Shown one piece after another: positions 51,804 through 64,000 of a stretch of 64,000 nt of DNA. Under the pieces are notes generated by a model. That model made no database searches and had not been told where the DNA came from. It worked only from the letters and a program-made list of their open reading frames with translations. Within the stretch, counting starts at the first letter, position 1. Every line of letters begins with the position of its first letter. Source of the stretch: Seison nebaliae (lineage: Eukaryota); assembly GCA_023231475.1 (NCBI GenBank), contig JALJEE010002582.1:1-64000 (forward strand). The letters are read 5' to 3'. The position numbers and the translations under genes were made by a program.

Positions 51804-54800
51804 ATGACTTCGTTTAACATTTCTATTGATCGTGGTGGAACGTTTACGGACGTCTTCATCAGCGACGAGAAAAGAAACGAATATTCATATAAATATTTAT
51901 CGGAAGATCCGAAGAAATATGAAGAAGCGACAGTTCATGCAATTGAGGAATTTGGGAAGAATGAAGGAAATGGTAATAATTTAAGTTCGGTTCGTATAGG
52001 CACAACGATAGCTACGAATGCTTTATTGGAGAGGAAAGGTAATCGGTTCGCTCTGATTGTGACGAAAGGTTTTCGGGATCTATTATTGATCGGTCATCAA
52101 CAACGTCGAGATTTGTTTGATTTGAATATAAAGAAATTGAAAGAATTATATGAGGAGGTTATAGAAATTGATGAAAGATTCATTATGGAAAGTTCTTCAT
52201 ATAAAATTGAATTTGACATTTTTGATAAATTGAAAAAGAATTCGAATGAGAGAAATGTGTTAGAAATCAAATCATTAGATTTGGAAGAATGTCGAAGAGA
52301 ATTGAGAAAGTTGAAAGAAAAAGGTATTCGGACGATCGCTATTTGTCTCCTTCATTCTTACGTGGAAGATAAACATGAGAAAGAATTGAAATTAATTGGA
52401 GAAGAATTGGAGTTTGATAATATCATTCTATCTAGTGAATGTATGCCAATGATCAAATATGTAGAACGAGCAAGAACAACATCGATTGACGCTTATCTGA
52501 TGATTCTGATAAAGAATTATGTGGAGAGAATTGAAAGAACAGTGGAATTATTATCGAAGCAATCACCAGTACTTTATATGCAATCGAATGGCGGATTGAC
52601 GAATGCTAATCAATTTCGTGGTAGTAATTCCATTTTATCTGGTCCAGCTGGTGGATATGTTGGATATTCGAAGAGTATCAACCAACATTATGGAAATGAA
52701 ATGTCATCAGTTGGATTCGATATGGGTGGTACGTCAACAGATATTTCTATTTTCAATGGTAAATCTTATGAGCATGTTCTAGAAACTGAACATGATGGAA
52801 TCAAATTTTATGCACCAGAATTGCAAATTAAAACTATCGCTGCAGGTGGAGGATCATTACTTTCTTATGACGATTGCCTAATGAAAGTTGGACCGGAATC
52901 GGCAGGATCTTTTCCAGGACCTGTATGTTATCGGAATAACGGAAGTTTAGCGATAACAGATGCCAATCTAATTCTTGGTCGAATTCAACCGAAATATTTT
53001 CCTCATCTGTTTGGGAAGAATCGAAATGAACCATTGGATGTAGTTGAAACGAGAAAAAGAATGATGGAAATGACAACTTTGATCAACGACGATCGACGTA
53101 AACGATGGAAATTGGATGAAAGTGAATTTGAAAAATTTTCTTGTGAGAAAATTGCTCATGGATTCGTTCGTGTGGCTAATGAAGCGATGGCAAGATGTAT
53201 TCAATCTCTTAGTCAAAGTAAAGGAGTTGACATTAGAAATTATCATTTATGTGCATTTGGTGGTGCCGCCGGGCAACATGTGTGTGATGTTGGTGAGATT
53301 TTGGGAATGAAAAAAGTTTTCATTCATCGACATGCCAGTATTCTCTCATCATTTGGACTATCGTTAGCAGATATTGTTAATGAGAAACAATTGACGTTTC
53401 AATGTAATTTAACGGAAGAGAATTTGAGAAAAATGAACGAAACTTTTCTGAAGTTGAGAAACGATTTATTAGAAATGATGAATAATTATCAGAAAGATAA
53501 TAATTCTCAAATCTTATTAGAATATTTCGCTATCATTCGTTATGAAGGCAGTGATTATCATATTCAAATAAAATGTTCAGAAGAATTTTATGATGGTAAA
53601 TCGATAAATATTAAAAATTCTGTCGATTTCATTTATAATCAATTTGTTCAAAAGTTTTTTTTAATTTCAAATTTATTTTATCCAATTTCTTTTTTGTTTT
53701 TAGACATCAACAACAATTCGGTTTTATTTTAGAAGATAATCGATTATTTATCAATGATTTACGTTCTGTTTGTCATTTGAAAACTGGAATATCTGACAAT
53801 GAATTGAATGGAATGAAGAAAATAAATTTAATCAATTCCAATTTGATCAATGCTAAAGATGTAGTAAATTGTTATTTCGATGATGAGATACGGAAAGTGC
53901 CTCTGTATAAATTGGAAGAGATTTTAGAAAAAATTCCAAACTCTGATAATTCGATGAATATGATGGAAATTGCAGGACCATCAATAATCGTTCATCCGTT
54001 TAGTGTAATTGTGGTGAAAATAAAATGGATAAGTGAAATATTTGCGAATGGAAATATTTGTCTGAAGAAAAAAAATGAAAAAGAAAAAGATGAAATAAAA
54101 AAGATTCGTTTAGATAATGAAGATAAATATGATCCGATAGAAACATCATTATTTTCTAATCGATTTACTGGAATCGCAGAAGAAATGGGTAGAGTTCTCC
54201 AAAAAACTTCATTGTCAACGAATATTAAAGAGAGATTAGATTTCTCATGTGCATTATTCAATCCTGAAGGATTATTAGTAGTTAATGCACCACATATTCC
54301 TGTTCATCTCGGTGCAATGCAATCTGCAATCGAAAAACAAATGATTTTTTTCAATAAAAATAATCCTTTGAAAAAAGGTGATGTGATTTTATGTAATGAT
54401 CCAAAATTAGGTGGATCTCATTTACCTGATTTGACGGTCATCACACCAGTCTTTATTGAAAATAAAATAAAATTCTATGTTGCAAATCGTGGTCATCATG
54501 CTGATATTGGTGGGAGTACACCAGGAAGTATGCCCGCATTCTCCACTCACTTATTCGAGGAGGGCGCTCTTTTCTCTCATTTCAAATTAGTTGACGAAGG
54601 GAAATTTATGGAGGAAGAATTGAAGAAAATCTTCATGGCGCCAGGTAAATTTGATGGTTGTTCAGGAACGAGAGCTTATCATGAAAATTTATCGGATTTG
54701 AAAGCACAAATTGCTTCGAATAATATTGGTTGCGAATCTTTAATTGAACTATGTTCCATTTATGGTTGTGACGAGATAATTCATCAAATGAATTTAATTC

Positions 54801-55848
54801 GAGAGATTGGGAAAGAATCGGTTGAAAAATTCATTTCGTCTTGGAGACCACCATCCAATCAATATGTTGTTAAAGAAGATAACGAAATATTGGAGTTGTT
54901 TGGAGAAGATATGATGGATGATCCAAATATCATATTACGATTACGATTATTTTTGAATAAAAATGAAAATCGATTAATTTTGGACTTTTCTGAAACTTCT
55001 GATCAATCAAATAAAACGAATTTGAATACACCTTTCGCTATTGTTATATCTGCCGTCATCTATGCAATCCGTTGTCAACTATTAAGAGACATACCTCTAA
55101 ATCAAGGAATTCTTGATAGAATTGAAATTAAAGCAAGGAGTGGTTGTCTATTAAATCCGAGCGGTGATTGTGCAGTCGCAGCTGGAAATGTATTAACTTC
55201 TCAACGAATTGTTGATATAATTTTCAAACTCTTTGGATGTTGTGCAGCATCTTCTGGTTGTATGAATAATATCACTTTCGGTACGAAGAATTGGAGTTAT
55301 TACGAAACTGTTTGTGGAGGATCTGGTGCCACACCATCAGCTCATGGTACCGATGCCGTTCATACACATATGACGAATACGAAGATAACAGATGTCGAAA
55401 TTCTCGAGAGTCGTTATCCAGTCGTTCTTTTAAAATTTTGTATTCGTAAAAATTCTGGAGGAAAAGGTGAATGGAATGGTGGAAATGGAATTGAACGATT
55501 ATTTCTATTTAGATCAGAATTAGATATATCAATATTGACGGAAAGACGACTGAATGCACCTTGGGGTGTTTCACTTAAGTCGAAGGAAAATAATGAAATT
55601 AATGGACAGAAAGGAATAAATCTTATTCAAAATATTCCTGAACGATTAATTGATGACGTTATATCGATATTTTCAACAGAAACGAAAGATTTGAAAGAAG
55701 ACATGAAAGTTTGTCCAAGTCGATTCCAAATGAAATTATTTCCTGGAGTTATTAATTTCTACTTTCTTCCACATGTTTAATTAATTTATTTATTATTTAG
55801 GCAATCTTCCTTTTAGAGACACCTGGTGGTGGTTCATGGACGAATTAA
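51804..55848 (+). CDS. OPLAH: 5-oxoprolinase (ATP-hydrolysing; fused hydantoinase A/B), 3 exons (51804-53653, 53704-55747, 55801-55848), about 1313 aa
   Basis: IDRGGTFTD, GTTIATNALLERKG, LSGPAGG, FDMGGTSTD, NIKERLDFSCA, NAPHIPVHLG, HLPD, HHADIGG, YYETVCGG, HTHMTNT. The spliced last exon supplies ETPGGG. Confidence 0.96.
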
Positions 55849-55906
55849 ATTCTGAGGGAAATTATTAGAACATTTTATTTATTTGGAATTTTATAACAAC
55901 ATTAAA

Positions 55907-58859
55907 TTAGAATACGGTACATTTATCGCCATGATTCATTAATGTTCCTTTGGAACAATTGAACACTTTCTGAAATTCCGGCATGTAGCTTAGGGCACCA
56001 TTCGTTCTTTTTATATTTCATTTAATTAAAATTCAAGAAATAAAGAAAGAACCTCGTATCTAATTGATATTTTCCTCTCAACGTTTGAGAATATTTATAA
56101 AAATCTAAAGCCGTAAAACAATTCGTCTAGAGAAGAAATAAGATTTCTAGTAATACGATTATTCAATAAAAAGACAACTTGAGCGAAAGCGAGAAAGAAC
56201 ACTTTATCATTATTATCAAATCCATTTAGTAACATATTCTTTTGATGTCTTGATTTCCACAACTGGTACGCCTATTTCGAAATGAATTATTATGTTTCTT
56301 TCTAGTAAAATAAAAAGAAGAGAAACTTCATAGGCGATAGCAACACCTCCAGTTTCTTTAATACTCTCTGGAGAGAATGTAGCACCGTGCATTTTTATCT
56401 AAATTATAAAAATTGTTTAAAAGAAAAAAATGAAAATTTTAAACATTTTTATCTTGTTTCTTCCCACTCACATAAACATTGAATGGTCCTATCGTTTTAT
56501 TTTGATAAGCGTTGATCACACATTGTTTCTTCCCCACATATCTTTGTCTAGTGAAATTTGTCCAATAGTTAGCATGATTTCCAAAATATCTACCCATTCG
56601 ATTATATTGACGTCCTTGTTTTATTAGAGAGAAAATATTTAAATATAAAAAAAGAAAAGCGAACCATATTCATCGATACCACCCAACATCCGATAAGCGA
56701 TAAGTGAACCCAAACTTCCATATTTTAAAGCTTGTGGCCAATCGGGATTAAAGAATTGTGGTTGAGCCATTCCGATTGAAACGAGTAATTCATTTCCAGT
56801 TGTATAATATTGTGCTTTTGCATCAAATGCATTTATTCCAGACCAGTCATCTTTTTCTATTACCCCAATAATTAGACGTCCAACAAATAGATTTCTTTCC
56901 CATTGATTCCATCGAATAATCGTTTCGAAATATGTATTATGCATATCGAACTAAAGAAGATAATAATAATAAAAGAAAAGAAAAAAATAAAACTCTAGAA
57001 TAATATTTGTCGATAGCCATATCTGATCCTAACATATTGTAATAACCGAGAGATAATTTCATATTATCTAATTTAGCGAAAGTGTATTGTTTTGTTTGGT
57101 CGTCCATCCAATCCCATTTTCTACTACGACGAAGTATCGCGTTCTTTAAATCGCTAACCATCTCCGAAATCTTTGGAATATATAAGGAATGAAAGATTAT
57201 GAGAGAATCATAAATTTCAAATTAAACATAATCCTTCGTAAATGGTTGAACAACTTTCGAAATGTACAATCGACTTAATGCGGTTGGCATATAAATTCTC
57301 ATCTGACGGAAACATTCATCAGCTGTCGAGAGAAAACTTCGAGTACGCGATTTCTCACTACGATATTGTCGGTACAAATCCATATATTTCACGCCCATTT
57401 TATCCACATATCGGAAGACAAATTGCCAAATTAAATAATTGTGCAATTGTCTTGAAAATGAATTATAAAGAAATGAGAAAAAAAACTGACTGAAATTTGA
57501 AACCTTTTCGAGTTATCATCGCCAAACTTCTTTGTTTTGTAAAATCCCATAACCTGACTCAAATAATCTTTCTCGGACAAGAGAATAACAGTGTCATTGT
57601 GGAAATTGGCTTCTTTGAATAATTCTTTAAAGAATGAATTAAAATCGAACTAATCAATTTATACAATTATATAAAATGTATAAATTATAATAAATATCAA
57701 AATTATTAATAACATCATCTCCTAATTGCGTTGTCAAATTTTTCAATGTAATCGACTTATCCTTTTGGTCACCTGGAACTGGTATTGTACCTCCAATCGT
57801 CTTAGAAATTCAGAAAATTATTAAAAATACAATATAAGAAATGTACTTTAGCAATTGCTGTCTCCATCAATAATATATCATCGACGACTTGATCTCTTGT
57901 AGCATTGTTAATGGGAACACCAGTATCTTGCTGCATCATAGTCACCACACGACCTATGAAATTGCGCAAAGCTGGGATACTCTAAATGATTAATTGATTT
58001 ATGATGAATATGGATTATGAGAGAAAAACAATTGAACTTTGTTTTTACTAGGTGAATATAAATAATCAGAGAAAGACATAGATATACCTCCATAATCAAT
58101 CTAAAAAAGTTTTAAAGAAATTTTTTGAAATTTTCATAAGAAATAACATCTAATAATTTCGATCGTTGATCTTGGGCAGATATGCGAGTACTGAAAGTAA
58201 ATAATACATCCGTCCAATAATCGATATGGAGCATTCGAACGACATTATCAAAATCATAATTGGCAAAATTCATGGTTGATAAAGCATACCAGCCGCCCAA
58301 TTTAGTAAAGATTTTTTGGATTTGAGGTATCGTATTTTTCGAATTACCAAAATCGTCAAGACATTTTCGATACATTAGCTAATGAGAATATCATATAATA
58401 GTGAAGAATTCGATACAATTCGAATGAAAATAATTAAAGAACTTTCAATTTTCTTTCATAGGATTCCGATGAATATCGATCGATAGAATCTTGTAATAAT
58501 CCTTCCATTTTTTGTCTTTCATTCGATCCGATCAAACTGAATTGATTATAATAATAAGAAGCACTTGGCACGTTGTGACTCTCTGTCCATTTCTGACAGG
58601 CATATTCATAAAAATTGTCACAAGGATATAATTTCTGATTCATATTGCTCAACAACTGATTTGCAGCGTTAGCACAACCTAAACTGCTACAAACTCCCAC
58701 GTTACTTCGAGCAACGTCAGTTGGTGAAGAATTGGAATTCGAAGACGATCCATTTCCTGCAGTTAACCATGCGACTAATGCAAGAATGGCAAATAGAATT
58801 GTTGTTGCAGTGAGAGCAGCTATCGTTTGCAATTTCCGTTTATCGTTAAGTTCTACCAT
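55907..58859 (-). CDS. Neprilysin/ECE (M13)-family type II membrane protein lacking the HExxH motif, 14 exons, about 757 aa
   Basis: N-terminal TM anchor, VCSSLGC, PCDNFYEYAC..W, YRKCLD, LGGW, HNYLIW, WMDDQTK...KL, QPQFF, FFLAFAQ..C, R.NG.L...PEF..VFNC, C-terminal CTVF. Thirteen introns of 43-64 nt (58379-58442, 58101-58147, 57982-58037, 57801-57846, 57650-57713, 57451-57503, 57171-57227, 56951-56993, 56615-56664, 56399-56444, 56272-56326, 56127-56178, 56007-56052) give one open frame. Confidence 0.9.
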
Positions 58860-59018
58860 TTCTTCTTGGCTATAAAGTAAACATGAAAAATGTGATTATT
58901 ACTCGTTACCGAATATTAAGATAATTAAAAAAGAAGTTGACGAAAAAATGAGGATTTATTATTACTACAAATATAAGAAATAGTTGATGAAAAGATAAAC
59001 AAAAGAATAGAAATTTTT

Positions 59019-61055
59019 TCAATTAGAAGTTGATTGTTTATTCAAATAAGATTCGCGCTCACGTCGTTTGAATGGCGTCTGTCCAAATATATGGAAATTA
59101 TCATTCTCCATTGTCGTATTAGCCGATTGGGAGATGGTTTGGAAATTTCGGGTGAAACGGTCATAGACGAATAAATCCAAATCAGGAAGAATAATACAAT
59201 TGACTGAATCAATTTCAATCGGTTGTGTAGAATAAAAATTAATAAAATTATCATCAGAAATCTCATCAAAAATCGCTAAAGATTGGAAGTGAAATCTTTT
59301 TGGAAATTGTAAAGAAATCTTACAAAATCCATTTAAATGTAGAATTGATGAATTTCCATTTCCATTTTCATGTGATGCTGATGCTAGAACAATGATATGT
59401 TGTTTCCAATGACTAAAATAATTTTCGATTGTACAAGTTGTCTGAGTTGTTTGTAAGAATTCCGTTCCGATCACGATATTCAAATCAGTGATATCGAGAT
59501 AAAATAGAATTTTATTTAAATTTAATCGACATCTCTTTCCATTATCATAAGAGAGTGACGGTGGAATTTGTGAGTTAAATTTCAAGACATTCGAGAAACT
59601 TATCAAATTATTGATCAATCTCATCGATTTAGGATTTTTTAGTAATCGGTTTTGTGGAGTGATTAAATCATTATTCGATTTATTATATTGGTTGATAATT
59701 TGATGAAAATGAGTGGAGACCAATAATTGATAATTCATTCGTTGATAAAAGGTCAAACGACTGATAATATAATTGATTGATGGATTTTGACATAAGACAT
59801 CCAATTTAGATTTTCCCATTATCATCATAAATTCTGCATTGAGTAAATCATTATAAAATTTCTCATTCCGTCGAACTGATTCACAATAAATGATTTGATT
59901 ACATTGTGTGAGAAATATGAGAATTTGAATAATATTCAATCCGAAATGATGAATGAATCCCATCGTATTGATGAGAAGTATAGATCGTTCCGTTTGGTTA
60001 TTCGATTTATATTGACGTCGATTGAATTCAGATATTAAATTTATTAAAATTCTCATGTAAATGTTATAACTGGAATGTGAAACGGATTTATAACCATAAT
60101 ATTTTGAAGAAATATTAAATTTGTAATCCGATTCTTCTTTCTCATCCAATTCATTCATAATATGTAACCAAGAACTGGAATGAATACAATTAATGGATTG
60201 AAATGATAAATTCTTTGAATTCTCTTCTTTAGAACGTTGACAATGAATTAATGATAAGAAACCAGATGCTGTAAATTCTGGTTGTCCAACATCGCAATCC
60301 AAGAATGATAAATTGTATTTTGATTGATGTGTCAACAAATAATTCCATGTGTATCTCAATCTGGTCGACTTTCCTGTATGTCGATCGCCAACAAATAAAA
60401 GAGTTGACGGGAAATGATCACGATTATTAATTCCATCAGTTAAATTCAATAAATATTCATAAAACGATTCCTCAAATATCTGACACATATTCAATTCAAT
60501 TTCAGGAGATATTCCCTCAACTTCATTATCGTTTTCTGGAAATAGTGATGGTAACATTGGATTATTCAAATAGAAATCTCTCAATTTTCCAAAAGTGAAT
60601 GTTCCGTTATGTTTCTCTAATTTTCTTGTACGAAAAATAGAGATGAATTTGCAGTGAGAATTTTTTACATAAAATTGATCGATAATTCCCGATACTTCTA
60701 TGGCAGTTCGATTTAAATAGTTGGAAATTGATGAAAGAAATTGTTTATGTTGTTTTACTTTTATTCCAGTTCTAAATGCGATCGGAATCGCCATCATATT
60801 CTCCAATGAAATAAATGGAGTCCACTTTTCATTTTCTACGAAAATTCCTCCATTCACCACAATTTCACCACAAATCACATTGAACTCAAATACTCCATGA
60901 GCATAAATCGCTTCAAATTCATTTTGACGATGTCCAACAAAAACAACATCATTTGAATTTCCCGATACTTTATTTTTGATAATAATCGATCGAATTTGAG
61001 ATTTAGGAATTGGAGAAATCCATGACAAAGTTTTCATTGAATCTGACTCCGACAT
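59019..61055 (-). CDS. NOL9: Polynucleotide 5'-hydroxyl kinase, NOL9/Grc3 (Clp1 family), 678 aa, intronless
   Basis: Walker A GDRHTGKST, LDCDVGQPEF and LINTMGFI motifs typical of NOL9/Grc3. Confidence 0.85.
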   Translation of the reverse strand: MSESDSMKTLSWISPIPKSQIRSIIIKNKVSGNSNDVVFVGHRQNEFEAIYAHGVFEFNVICGEIVVNGGIFVENEKWTPFISLENMMAIPIAFRTGIKVKQHKQFLSSISNYLNRTAIEVSGIIDQFYVKNSHCKFISIFRTRKLEKHNGTFTFGKLRDFYLNNPMLPSLFPENDNEVEGISPEIELNMCQIFEESFYEYLLNLTDGINNRDHFPSTLLFVGDRHTGKSTRLRYTWNYLLTHQSKYNLSFLDCDVGQPEFTASGFLSLIHCQRSKEENSKNLSFQSINCIHSSSWLHIMNELDEKEESDYKFNISSKYYGYKSVSHSSYNIYMRILINLISEFNRRQYKSNNQTERSILLINTMGFIHHFGLNIIQILIFLTQCNQIIYCESVRRNEKFYNDLLNAEFMMIMGKSKLDVLCQNPSINYIISRLTFYQRMNYQLLVSTHFHQIINQYNKSNNDLITPQNRLLKNPKSMRLINNLISFSNVLKFNSQIPPSLSYDNGKRCRLNLNKILFYLDITDLNIVIGTEFLQTTQTTCTIENYFSHWKQHIIVLASASHENGNGNSSILHLNGFCKISLQFPKRFHFQSLAIFDEISDDNFINFYSTQPIEIDSVNCIILPDLDLFVYDRFTRNFQTISQSANTTMENDNFHIFGQTPFKRRERESYLNKQSTSN

Positions 61056-61686
61056 CTTCTTTCTATTCTTCTAATAAACAAACCTCATCAATTTACAAAA
61101 AAAAACAAGATAATGCTGCAAATTCCACGTTTATTTACCCGCTCAAAATTTAAATTAAATATTTTTGTAACAAACTTAATGAAAAACATTTTAATTAATT
61201 CATTCATTTAATTATGTTTAATTATTCGTTATTAATCGATTAACACATTTAATTTCCCTGGAAACTCAACAAGTGAAATCCTCCTATAAATTCTCAAGTT
61301 TTTCCGAAAACGTTTTTGAAGATTTGAGCAAAAATATAATTTAATTATCGCTAAACAATTTAGGAAACAAGAATATTAATTAATTAATTTATTTATTTAT
61401 TAATATACAATTTTTTAAAAATTATATTTCTAACATACTTGGAAATAAAAATAAAAATTTTTGATAATTCATCAAAAATAAATTGAAGAAAAATATATAT
61501 TGCAGTTCATCGATTAATTAGTGGAGTGAAGAATCTTCGTATTTACTATCTACGTATATTTAAAAAAAAATCATATTCGTATTATTAATTGGGATAAAAT
61601 TGAAAGGAGAAATGTGAACCTCAATATTTTTCAATTTATAGAACAATTGAATTTGGTTTATCACAATTATTGGTCGAAATTTCATT

Positions 61687-62484
61687 ATGTCTAATTTCAA
61701 AACATTTATACTTCTCTCATTTTTACTTCATAAAGTTTGGGAAGTAGAAAATTCGAACTGCGGGAAGACTGTTGGAGGTCGAATTGTTAACGGTTATGAA
61801 ACAAAGACCTATTATCCATTCATGGTTGCTATAATGGTGAATAATCAACAAGTGTGTGCCGGTAGCATTATTTCTGAAAGAACTGTAATGACTGCCGCTC
61901 ATTGCGTACGAGGTTTCCAAGCATCCCAAATGCAGATTATCACTGGGACGAATAATCTTGTACCACCATTTCCAAAAAATTCGCGAAGAATTAAAGTAGC
62001 GTGGACAAAATATCATCCCAATTACGCTCCAAATATTCAACATAACGATATAGCTGTCATTCGATTGCAATGCGCAGTACCATTTACAGGTCCGAATCAA
62101 ATAGGAGATATAGTTCCTGCATGCTTACCTCCAGCAGGAACAGAATTCACAGGTCGTTCCAATTGTATTTTGATTGGTTGGGGACAATTGTCGAAATATG
62201 GACAATCCGTACCCAGATTAAGGGAAGTTAAATTACCTATTCAAACTCCTTACACATGCACTAAAAAATATGGTGGTTCTTTTGTTCCAAAGACAATGAT
62301 TTGTGCCGGTGATCAATCTGCAAGTGGTTGTCATGGCGATTCGGGTGGACCAGTAATATGTACACAAGGGTCGACTAATTATGTGGCGGGTGTTGTGTCT
62401 CACGGAGATAATTATTCCTGTAAAGTAAACGGAGTATACACAAAAGTCAATGCATTCTTATCATGGTTAGGAAAGTATAAATAA
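61687..62484 (+). CDS. Secreted S1A serine protease (chymotrypsin/elastase-like), intronless
   Basis: Signal peptide, CG..R|IVNG activation site, TAAHC, DIAV, GDSGGP. Confidence 0.95.
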   Translation: MSNFKTFILLSFLLHKVWEVENSNCGKTVGGRIVNGYETKTYYPFMVAIMVNNQQVCAGSIISERTVMTAAHCVRGFQASQMQIITGTNNLVPPFPKNSRRIKVAWTKYHPNYAPNIQHNDIAVIRLQCAVPFTGPNQIGDIVPACLPPAGTEFTGRSNCILIGWGQLSKYGQSVPRLREVKLPIQTPYTCTKKYGGSFVPKTMICAGDQSASGCHGDSGGPVICTQGSTNYVAGVVSHGDNYSCKVNGVYTKVNAFLSWLGKYK

Positions 62485-62632
62485 AATTATTCAATACAAT
62501 TAAACATCAAATAACGAAATTAGCGAAAATTGAATAAGTATTTATACGAACGAAATTTGTAGTATAAAGATAATGTATTAGTTTTTATATAAAGCATTTT
62601 CGAACAATTAGAATATAAACTGAAAATATCAA

Positions 62633-63421
62633 ATGAACATTCAAATTCCATTTATCATATTATTCCTTCTTTTTCATCGATCTGAAAGCAACCAATGTGG
62701 TAAAGTATTATCTTCGCGCGTCGTTAAAGGCTATGAAAGTAAAAATTATTATCCTTTTATGGTAGCATTGACAGTTAATGGTGGATTGACTTGTGGTGGT
62801 AGTCTTATTAGTGAAAGAACAGTATTGACAGCTGCCCATTGTGTTTATGGTATGAATGCAAGGATGTTCCAGGTCGTAACCGGCACAAATGACCTTCGTA
62901 ATAGAGGTAAAAACTCTCGTTTAGTGGGAGTTGCTTGGTTTAAATATCACGAATCTTTTGATCATGAAATGCTAACCTATGATATAGCAGTAATGAGATT
63001 AAAATGTTCAGTACCATTTACAGATCCTAAGCAGCCCGGAGATTTGATGCCAGCTTGCCTTACACCCGTGGGAAAAGAGTTCGTTGGCAGCCAAAACTGT
63101 CGCTTGATTGGTTGGGGTAAAACATCTACGTACGCTTCAACCGTCACTAAATTAAGGGAAGTTAGTTTACCGATTAACAGTGCGTATACATGTCAGCTGC
63201 TTTATGGAAATACTTTTAATGGGCAGAAGCAAATTTGTGGTGGGGTAAAACATGGAGTCACTAGCTGCAATGGAGATTCCGGTGGACCTCTATTGTGTAA
63301 GGAAGGCACCACAACTTATTTAGCGGGACTCGTATCATATGGAACAAGATTAGGTTGCATTTATCCTGGTGCTTTTACCAAAGTGAATGCATATCTTTCC
63401 TGGATAAACAAATATAAGTAA
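62633..63421 (+). CDS. Secreted S1A serine protease, tandem paralog, intronless
   Basis: Signal peptide, R|VVKG, TAAHC, DIAV, GDSGGP. Confidence 0.95.
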   Translation: MNIQIPFIILFLLFHRSESNQCGKVLSSRVVKGYESKNYYPFMVALTVNGGLTCGGSLISERTVLTAAHCVYGMNARMFQVVTGTNDLRNRGKNSRLVGVAWFKYHESFDHEMLTYDIAVMRLKCSVPFTDPKQPGDLMPACLTPVGKEFVGSQNCRLIGWGKTSTYASTVTKLREVSLPINSAYTCQLLYGNTFNGQKQICGGVKHGVTSCNGDSGGPLLCKEGTTTYLAGLVSYGTRLGCIYPGAFTKVNAYLSWINKYK

Positions 63422-63748
63422 ATGATTCATATTGAATTTTATCATGTTAATTTGATTCTTATAAAACTGAAATTATAGAAATTAACACGAACGACATCTA
63501 ACTTGCTCTATAGAATACAATCATTCCATAGAACAGAGACCGACTGTTTCTTTTAATATTGTCAACTAATTTAGTAAATTAAAAATTTTATATATGACGA
63601 CACTTATTTTAGGAGCAACCAATTCCTCTACAAAGCGAACTACGTATAATTATTTTATGTTCAATTACTTCAATTGTTAAAGATATGTTCAATTGTTCTA
63701 CCGTGCATAAGGAATCGAATTATTCACTTTTTGTCTAATGATCCTACA

Positions 63749-64000
63749 ATGAAATTTTCATTTATTTCTCTCATAATCATTAGTTGTTTAAGAATTGCTT
63801 ATGGAACTGCGTGTGGCGAAGTGATTAATGGTAGAATCGTGAATGGATATCAAACTAAAAAAATTTATCCTTGGATGGTTGCAATATTTGTAAATGGACA
63901 AATATTCTGCGGTGGTACTCTTTTCAACGAACGAACTGTGTTAACGGCGGGGCATTGTGTTAAAGAAATGTATGGAGCTAGTGCATATAGTGTTCTTACA
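63749..64000 (+). CDS. Third tandem S1A serine protease, 5' part (runs off the window)
   Basis: Not in the ORF track. ATG at 63749 reads MKFSFISLIIISCLRIAYGTACGEVINGRIVNGYQTKKIYPWMVAIFVNGQIFCGGTLFNERTVLTAGHCV. Confidence 0.92.
   Translation, partial: MKFSFISLIIISCLRIAYGTACGEVINGRIVNGYQTKKIYPWMVAIFVNGQIFCGGTLFNERTVLTAGHCVKEMYGASAYSVLT

Noticed and set aside
51804..55780. Two separate hydantoinase A and B genes (bacterial-style operon or HGT)
   Set aside because: A 50-nt intron (53654-53703) joins them in frame into a normal eukaryotic OPLAH.

Overview
AT-rich eukaryotic (metazoan, probably a spiralian invertebrate; organism not identifiable with certainty) genomic DNA with compact gene clusters separated by two long non-coding tracts. 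Positions 1-11 kb hold decayed transposon remnants (non-LTR RT pieces, Tc1/mariner, possible gag/integrase relic), local duplications, a ZNG1/CBWD GTPase and tRNA-Trp and tRNA-Asn genes. Then come ABCB1/MDR, ACOT13, an ING PHD protein, ROPN1L, an AGO-clade Argonaute, two rhodopsin GPCRs, a gustatory-receptor-like multi-pass protein, an ATF6-like membrane bZIP, FAD synthase, 5-oxoprolinase, a neprilysin-like protein lacking HExxH, NOL9 and a tandem array of secreted serine proteases. Main observation: I reconstructed 30 introns by hand from reading frame and protein motifs. 29 of the 30 begin GTT rather than GT(A/G), most lack +5G and -1G, and 9 end in AAG, which suggests a lineage-specific rewired splice-site code. 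Other highlights: ING and ROPN1L have overlapping stop codons, the ATF6-like protein has a rearranged domain order, and two co-directional gene pairs are spaced only 130-159 bp apart.
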